A stretch of DNA of 64,000 nucleotides from an uncultured Bacillales bacterium (GTDB lineage: Bacteria > Bacillota_I > Bacilli_A > RFN20 > CAG-826), in the NCBI GenBank assembly GCA_947302535.1, contig CAMYVX010000004.1:221-64220 (forward strand), in the 5' to 3' direction. Positions 59,169 through 64,000 of this stretch are shown one piece after another. Within the stretch, counting starts at the first letter, position 1, and every line of letters starts with the position of its first letter. Both the position numbers and the translations under genes were made by a program. The notes under the pieces were generated by a model that made no database searches, was not told the origin of the DNA, and worked only from the letters and a program-made list of their open reading frames with translations.

Positions 59169-59762
59169 TTACTCTTTGTAGAGAAAATCAATCTTAAAGA
59201 GGTTGGTCTTTAAGTCCGCCATAAGCTGTTTAATCTCGGCTTTATAGGATTGATTTTTGTGATGGATTAAATATGTTAATGCAGAGACAAAACCACCATA
59301 GATGAATGATGCGGTGACTGGGATTGAATACTTAAATGGTCTAATCTTATCGATTTCCACTAATAGTTCACTGATACCATCTTCACAGACTCTGGTTATG
59401 ATGTTGATGAGTTCAAAACTGTAGTTCTTTTCTAGTGAACGGATATATTCAATATTTGTTTCAATATATTCGATAACCTTACCCAATATACTGATGAGGT
59501 ATTCAGCAATATCATCGATTGATGTTGTTTGTTTCTTTGGAACCTGATTCATGATGCTATCTTTGATTTCGTTAATCGCATCATCTAATAGGAGATACTT
59601 ATCTTCATAATACTTATAGAATGTCATCCTATTAATCAGCGCGTGCTCGCATATATCTTTAACTGTAATCTTCTCTAATGGACGATCCTTTAATAATGCG
59701 AGAATTGATTCTCTTAATACCTTTCTAGTCTTTTGAATTCTTAAGTCTTCTTTGTACTGCAT
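59169..59762 (-). CDS. TetR/AcrR family transcriptional regulator
   Basis: N-terminal helix-turn-helix (ITVKDICEHALINRMTFYKYY), 197 aa. Divergent from the MMPL transporter gene. Confidence 0.85.
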   Translation of the reverse strand: MQYKEDLRIQKTRKVLRESILALLKDRPLEKITVKDICEHALINRMTFYKYYEDKYLLLDDAINEIKDSIMNQVPKKQTTSIDDIAEYLISILGKVIEYIETNIEYIRSLEKNYSFELINIITRVCEDGISELLVEIDKIRPFKYSIPVTASFIYGGFVSALTYLIHHKNQSYKAEIKQLMADLKTNLFKIDFLYKE

Positions 59763-59946
59763 AATTGATACACTTCCAATCTTTTGTATTAATAACTCTA
59801 CAATTACGGGTATTTATATACCCTATGTTTTTTGAATTGCTTGATTAATTAATGTTTTATACTAAAATGATTTACGAATCAATAGAAAATAATACAAGTG
59901 TATTGTTAAGTCTATTGCAGTATTAGTTTTAGGAGGACCAAATTAC

Positions 59947-62900
59947 ATGAAAAAAATTTGTTCATTCATTGTAAGGTTTAGATATTGGCTCTTAGGCTTA
60001 TTCGCTATCTTAGTTGGTTCATCTTGCATTCTCATGCAACACGTGAATATCAACTATAACTTAATGCAATATCTAGACAAGGGTTCATCATCCACAGTGG
60101 CGTTAACTGTCATGGAAGATGAATTCGGAAGTGTCGGTCAATGTCAAGTATTAGTGACCCACCTCACCTATCAAGAAGCAGAAGAAGCCAAAGACAAGAT
60201 TGAAAGTGTCGAAGGTGTTGCTTCTGTTGTCTTCGCTTCCAGTGAAGCAGATTCTGATTATTACAATCCTGTGACAGGTGACGCTTTATACAAAGTGTTC
60301 TTAACCACAAGTAACTACGATAAAGCGACATATAAAACACTAGATAGGATTAGAGCGGAATTAAAAGATTACACAATCTCATTAAATGGTGGTTCAGTTG
60401 AATCTGAATTCTTAACTAAGGCACTCGCTAGAGATATGACGATTATTCTAACAATTGTTGTAGTGGTGGTTTTGGGTATTTTATTACTCACATCATCTTC
60501 ATATGTTGAACCACTTATCTTCTTATTTGTCGCTGGTGGTGCGATTCTCATCAACCTCGGTACAAACATCCTATTGAACGCAATTCCATATATCGGTAAT
60601 TCCATGTCATTCATCACGAAGAGCATTGCCGCGGTTATGCAATTAGCGTTATCCATGGACTATGCGATTATTCTCCTTCATACGTATAAAGAAGAAAAAG
60701 AACATTACGATGACAATAAAGAAGCGATGAAAGCCGCTTTAAGAAGAGCGTTCGCTCCTGTATCCTCATCATCCATTACCACAATCGCTGGTTTAGTGGC
60801 CTTGATGTTCATGAGCTTCTCCATCGGATTTGACGTTGGTCTAGTTCTCGCAAAAGGTATTTTACTCAGCTTATTATGCGTGTTCTTATTCATGCCTGCA
60901 TTATTACTTACATTTGATAAATTACTCGCAAAAACCTCGCAAAAACCAATCGATCGTATCATTATTGGCAAAATCAAAGCCCATCACTTAAAGAGAAAAC
61001 AACAAGGTAAGAAAGTCCATTCAATGGCTTCCTTCCAAAAGAAAACAAGAATCGTTGTTCCTCTTTTAGCGGTCGCCTTATTCGGTGTAGCTGCGGTGTT
61101 CAATTTCACCTCAACTTATAGCTTCACCCTTCAAGCATCAACGGATGCGAATTCCACGATTAACGTTGATGATAAAAAGATTACAGATGAATTCGGTACA
61201 CAAAATACCTTAGTCGTCTTAATTGAAAAGAAGGATAGACAAAAATCCGAAATCAAAGTGGAAGAAGAGGAAATCATCAACTACTTAAAGAACTATGAAT
61301 ACAATGGTGAAAAGGTGATTAACTCCGTTCAAGGTTATAGCACATACGGTGTATATAATGATTTAACCGCTGAACAATTCGCTGGATTATATCTCGATGC
61401 GGATATGTATAACGCAAACGTCAGAGGCGTTACAGTGTTATATCAATATCTCCAAGCCAGTGGATTAGCCTATCTCGATAGTGAAAATAACTTAAGAGCA
61501 AACGTTTATAACGTCGTTGCATTCGCTAAAGAGAATGAAGGTGCGAAAAAGATTACCGAACAATCTCAAGCCTTAATGGATAAAGTTGCTTCAGCCTATT
61601 ATGTGGAATTAACCAAAGAACAATTCGCTGCTGCGAACAATATCAACGCCACAATCGTTGAAAACATCTACTCCACAATGTCAGTGGAAAAAGCGACAAC
61701 ATATGATGTCTTAAAGTTCGTCCATGATAATAATTATGCTGTTGCAGCATTCACCAATATTCAAAACAACATCAATTCTTCTTATGAAGATTTGAAGACC
61801 AATGGTGTATTTAACGCTGATGGTTCAGTCAATGAAACCGTTGTCGGTGGTATGAAAGCATATTGTGATGCTTATGAAGCTGGTCAAGTTGATACAACAG
61901 ATCCTGCAAATCAACAAAAATATGCAACCTATAAGAAGATTGTTATTGAATTCAATAAAGAACAATTAATGGCTCAATACCCATTCATCACTGAAGATAC
62001 CGCTTCTGCCTTATTACAAGGTAAAGAAACAGTTCCTAACTATTTAGTGGTTCAAGCTTCTTCTCTTAACAATATCCCTGCTCAATATGGACAAGGTATG
62101 CAAGGGGTGATTAACGCTAAATATGCGGAAATCCCTGTTAAAGATGAAGTCATCACCAAAGAAGACGCCAAGATGAACTATGGTGTTGATGACCAAACTC
62201 TTGCTGCACTATATCAAAGTGGTGATATCACCAATGGTGTCTTATTCAAATTCTTAAGCGATAACAAATACTACACCAACGAACAATATCAAGGTCAAAT
62301 GCAAGCTAGATTCGATGCCAGCTATGAAGCATTCGCAAACTTTGAATCTGATAACTACATCAGAGTCATCTTCAACTTCAATATGCCAACATCTAGCAAA
62401 GACTCCTTCAAAGCAATTAACGAAATTAGCAATCACTTATATGGCACATATGATGATGTTAAATTGGTTTCGGAAACATTCGTGTATTCACAAATCAAAC
62501 AAGTCTTCAACCGTGACGTTGTCATCGTTAACATCATCTCATTCGTCGCTATCTTATTAATCATCGCTGTCACATTCAAATCAGCGTTCACCCCAGTATT
62601 ATTAACATTATTAATCCAAGGTGCTATCTGGTTCACAATGGGTATCTCCACAGTGTTTGGAAAAGAAATCTTCTTCATCTGTTACATCGTGGTTATGTGT
62701 GTCCAAATGGGTGCGACAATTGACTATGGTATCTTATTAACTAATAACTATATTCAAAATAGAAAGAAATATAGTAGAAAAGACTCTATGGCTTTAGCGA
62801 TGAACTCATCCATCGCCACAATCTTGACCTCTGGTTCAATTCTCGTCTTAGCAACATTAATCATTGGGTTAGTTTCTAAGGTTTCCATCGTTTCAGACTT

Positions 62901-63114
62901 AGGTATGCTCTTATCAAGAGGCTGCTTAATCTCCTTATTGATGATTATCTTCGTCTTACCACAGTGCTTAATTATCTGTGATAAGGTGATTGAAAAAACA
63001 TCAGTTAAGACCAAGTTTGCTGATCCAAATAATGATGTCTTAGATGAAGACCTCATTGAAATTGATGATAATGGTGAAACCAAACAAATCGAATCTCATG
63101 AAGAGAGTAAATAA
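59947..63114 (+). CDS. MMPL-family (RND superfamily) membrane transporter
   Basis: 1055 aa with two TM bundles, each followed by a large extracytoplasmic domain, as in MMPL/YdfJ. Paired with the TetR regulator. Confidence 0.85.
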   Translation: MKKICSFIVRFRYWLLGLFAILVGSSCILMQHVNINYNLMQYLDKGSSSTVALTVMEDEFGSVGQCQVLVTHLTYQEAEEAKDKIESVEGVASVVFASSEADSDYYNPVTGDALYKVFLTTSNYDKATYKTLDRIRAELKDYTISLNGGSVESEFLTKALARDMTIILTIVVVVVLGILLLTSSSYVEPLIFLFVAGGAILINLGTNILLNAIPYIGNSMSFITKSIAAVMQLALSMDYAIILLHTYKEEKEHYDDNKEAMKAALRRAFAPVSSSSITTIAGLVALMFMSFSIGFDVGLVLAKGILLSLLCVFLFMPALLLTFDKLLAKTSQKPIDRIIIGKIKAHHLKRKQQGKKVHSMASFQKKTRIVVPLLAVALFGVAAVFNFTSTYSFTLQASTDANSTINVDDKKITDEFGTQNTLVVLIEKKDRQKSEIKVEEEEIINYLKNYEYNGEKVINSVQGYSTYGVYNDLTAEQFAGLYLDADMYNANVRGVTVLYQYLQASGLAYLDSENNLRANVYNVVAFAKENEGAKKITEQSQALMDKVASAYYVELTKEQFAAANNINATIVENIYSTMSVEKATTYDVLKFVHDNNYAVAAFTNIQNNINSSYEDLKTNGVFNADGSVNETVVGGMKAYCDAYEAGQVDTTDPANQQKYATYKKIVIEFNKEQLMAQYPFITEDTASALLQGKETVPNYLVVQASSLNNIPAQYGQGMQGVINAKYAEIPVKDEVITKEDAKMNYGVDDQTLAALYQSGDITNGVLFKFLSDNKYYTNEQYQGQMQARFDASYEAFANFESDNYIRVIFNFNMPTSSKDSFKAINEISNHLYGTYDDVKLVSETFVYSQIKQVFNRDVVIVNIISFVAILLIIAVTFKSAFTPVLLTLLIQGAIWFTMGISTVFGKEIFFICYIVVMCVQMGATIDYGILLTNNYIQNRKKYSRKDSMALAMNSSIATILTSGSILVLATLIIGLVSKVSIVSDLGMLLSRGCLISLLMIIFVLPQCLIICDKVIEKTSVKTKFADPNNDVLDEDLIEIDDNGETKQIESHEESK

Positions 63115-63125
63115 CAACATTCATT

Positions 63126-63150
63126 AGCCACCTCACTGGTGGCTTTTCTT
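63126..63150 (+). terminator. Intrinsic terminator after the MMPL gene; its T-run is the start of repeat B3
   Basis: AGCCACC-TCACT-GGTGGCT hairpin followed by TTTTCTTG. Confidence 0.7.
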
Positions 63151-63231
63151 GTTCGCGAATGATTATAAACACGACATAATACGGATAGAGACTTTTGTGC
63201 AATTCTTGATAAGTGAGTCTGTGTAACTACA
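63144..63231 (+). repeat. Repeat B, copy 3
   Basis: TTTTCTTGTTCGCGAATGATTATAAACACGACATAATACGGATAGAGACTTTTGTGCAATTCTTGATAAGTGAGTCTGTGTAACTACA. Confidence 0.8.
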
Positions 63232-63325
63232 AGTTAGAAGGTCGCTAGTAATGGAGACTTTTTGTGTGGCACTTTTGTGATAGTTATTTGATATAATGAA
63301 ATCACTTATTCAAGGAGAAAAAGTT

Positions 63326-63613
63326 GTGAAAAAAGAATTACTAAAAGGTCTTAGCAATGAACAAATCGCTAAAATTGAGAAATGTAAAAACACAGACGAA
63401 ATATTAGCTTTAGCTAAATCTGAAGGCATTGAACTTACCGATGAACAATTAGAAGCTGTCAATGGCGGATGTGGTAAATCAAAAGAATGGTACGAAATTG
63501 ACAATATGCAATGTCCAGAATGTCTTAACAGCCACTGTATGGAAAAAGTCTCAGACGCATGGTATAGATGCAAGTACTGTAATAAAATTACAGTCAATAA
63601 AAATCTTCAATAA
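63326..63613 (+). CDS. Nif11-like leader, double-glycine, Cys-rich precursor peptide 1 (putative RiPP/bacteriocin precursor)
   Basis: Leader (V)KKELLKGLSNEQIAKIEKCKNTDEILALAKSEGIELTDEQLEAVNGG, then core CGKSKEWYEIDNMQCPECLNSHCMEKVSDAWYRCKYCNKITVNKNLQ with 6 Cys. Preferred start is GTG at 63326 with the RBS AAGGAG at 63313..63318; the track ORF starts at 63296. Confidence 0.7.
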   Translation: MKKELLKGLSNEQIAKIEKCKNTDEILALAKSEGIELTDEQLEAVNGGCGKSKEWYEIDNMQCPECLNSHCMEKVSDAWYRCKYCNKITVNKNLQ

Positions 63614-63630
63614 ACGATAAAGGATTTGTT

Positions 63631-63921
63631 TTGAACATGAAACAAGAATTATTGAAAGGTTTAACCAAAGAACAAATTGAAAAAATTAAAGCGTGTAAGA
63701 ATCAAGAAGAATTATTGGCGCTAGCCAGAGCTGAAGGAATCGAACTTACTGACGAACAACTCACCGCTATTAATGGTGGTGGTGCTTGTAGTGTTATTTC
63801 AGATATTGGAGATTATATCAATCCATATGATTGTCCAAGATGTGGCAGTAATAATATTAAAGACAAAGGCACCTATTATATCTGCCAAAGCTGTGGCTAC
63901 AAAATTGAAAATTACGATTAA
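63631..63921 (+). CDS. Nif11-like leader, double-glycine, Cys-rich precursor peptide 2 (paralogue)
   Basis: Leader MNMKQELLKGLTKEQIEKIKACKNQEELLALARAEGIELTDEQLTAINGGG, then core ACSVISDIGDYINPYDCPRCGSNNIKDKGTYYICQSCGYKIENYD, which has a zinc-ribbon-like CPRC…CQSC pattern. Confidence 0.7.
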   Translation: MNMKQELLKGLTKEQIEKIKACKNQEELLALARAEGIELTDEQLTAINGGGACSVISDIGDYINPYDCPRCGSNNIKDKGTYYICQSCGYKIENYD

Positions 63922-63934
63922 ACAAACGAGTATA

Positions 63935-63957
63935 ACCGAGCTTAGCTCGGTTTTTTC
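63935..63957 (+). terminator. Intrinsic terminator after precursor peptide 2
   Basis: ACCGAGC-TTA-GCTCGGT hairpin followed by TTTTTTCTTG. Confidence 0.7.
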
Positions 63958-64000
63958 TTGTCTGAGCCATCGTGCGAACGATGAGCGAGTTAAAACCCCC
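63953..64000 (+). repeat. Repeat B-like element (variant), truncated by the window end
   Basis: TTTTTTCTTGTCTGAGCCATCGTGCGAACGATGAGCGAG… Same TTTTCTTGT entry point as the other B copies, then an anticodon-arm-like CATCG-TGCGAA-CGATG resembling the tRNA-Ala anticodon arm. Confidence 0.55.

Noticed and set aside
1-64000. CRISPR arrays, rRNA genes, IS transposases, phage integrases
   Set aside because: No regularly spaced short direct repeats were found. No rRNA-like conserved stretches were found. None of the ORFs carries a DDE transposase, tyrosine recombinase or serine recombinase signature. The only repeats are the A and B families described above.

Overview
This window reads as a low-GC Firmicutes-type chromosome using the standard genetic code (long ORFs are not broken by TGA). 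It spans the replication origin: dnaN and dnaA lie on the minus strand, flanked by two clusters of TGTGGATAA DnaA boxes, followed on the plus strand by rpmH-rnpA-yidC-jag-mnmE. About 50 kb of mostly housekeeping genes follow.

- tatD-rnmV-rsmA-ispE.
- A hexosamine salvage cluster: glcK, nagA, an atypical ROK-like kinase, an NahK-like N-acetylhexosamine 1-kinase and a sugar-1-P nucleotidyltransferase.
- ppdK, an FGGY kinase, grpB, degV, an ATP-grasp ligase, a MazG-like protein and rluD.
- A two-repeat membrane protein followed by two P-II-like proteins.
- typA.
- The conserved dnaX-ybaB-recR-tmk-holB-yaaT-rsmI block on the minus strand.
- prfA-prmC-rpiB, comFA-comFC, and secA followed by prfB with its programmed +1 frameshift.
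- A YitT-like protein, uvrB, secG, an M29 aminopeptidase, a yolD plus Y-family polymerase pair, and rmuC.

A single tRNA-Ala with the unusual anticodon CGC sits at 50826..50901. From there to the window end (about 13 kb) the sequence is accessory and is the most interesting part. Unrelated cargo genes are separated by two related intergenic repeat families that carry degenerate inverted copies of the tRNA-Ala body. The cargo is a Pol-beta nucleotidyltransferase, a PD-(D/E)xK-like protein, a 908-aa InlB-B-repeat surface lipoprotein, a GNAT, a TetR plus MMPL transporter pair, and two tandem Nif11-leader, double-glycine, Cys-rich precursor peptides. The ends of the two repeat families are imperfect inverted repeats of each other, so they look like MITE-type or cassette boundaries. 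The peptide locus is truncated by the window edge, so any maturation or export genes downstream are not visible.
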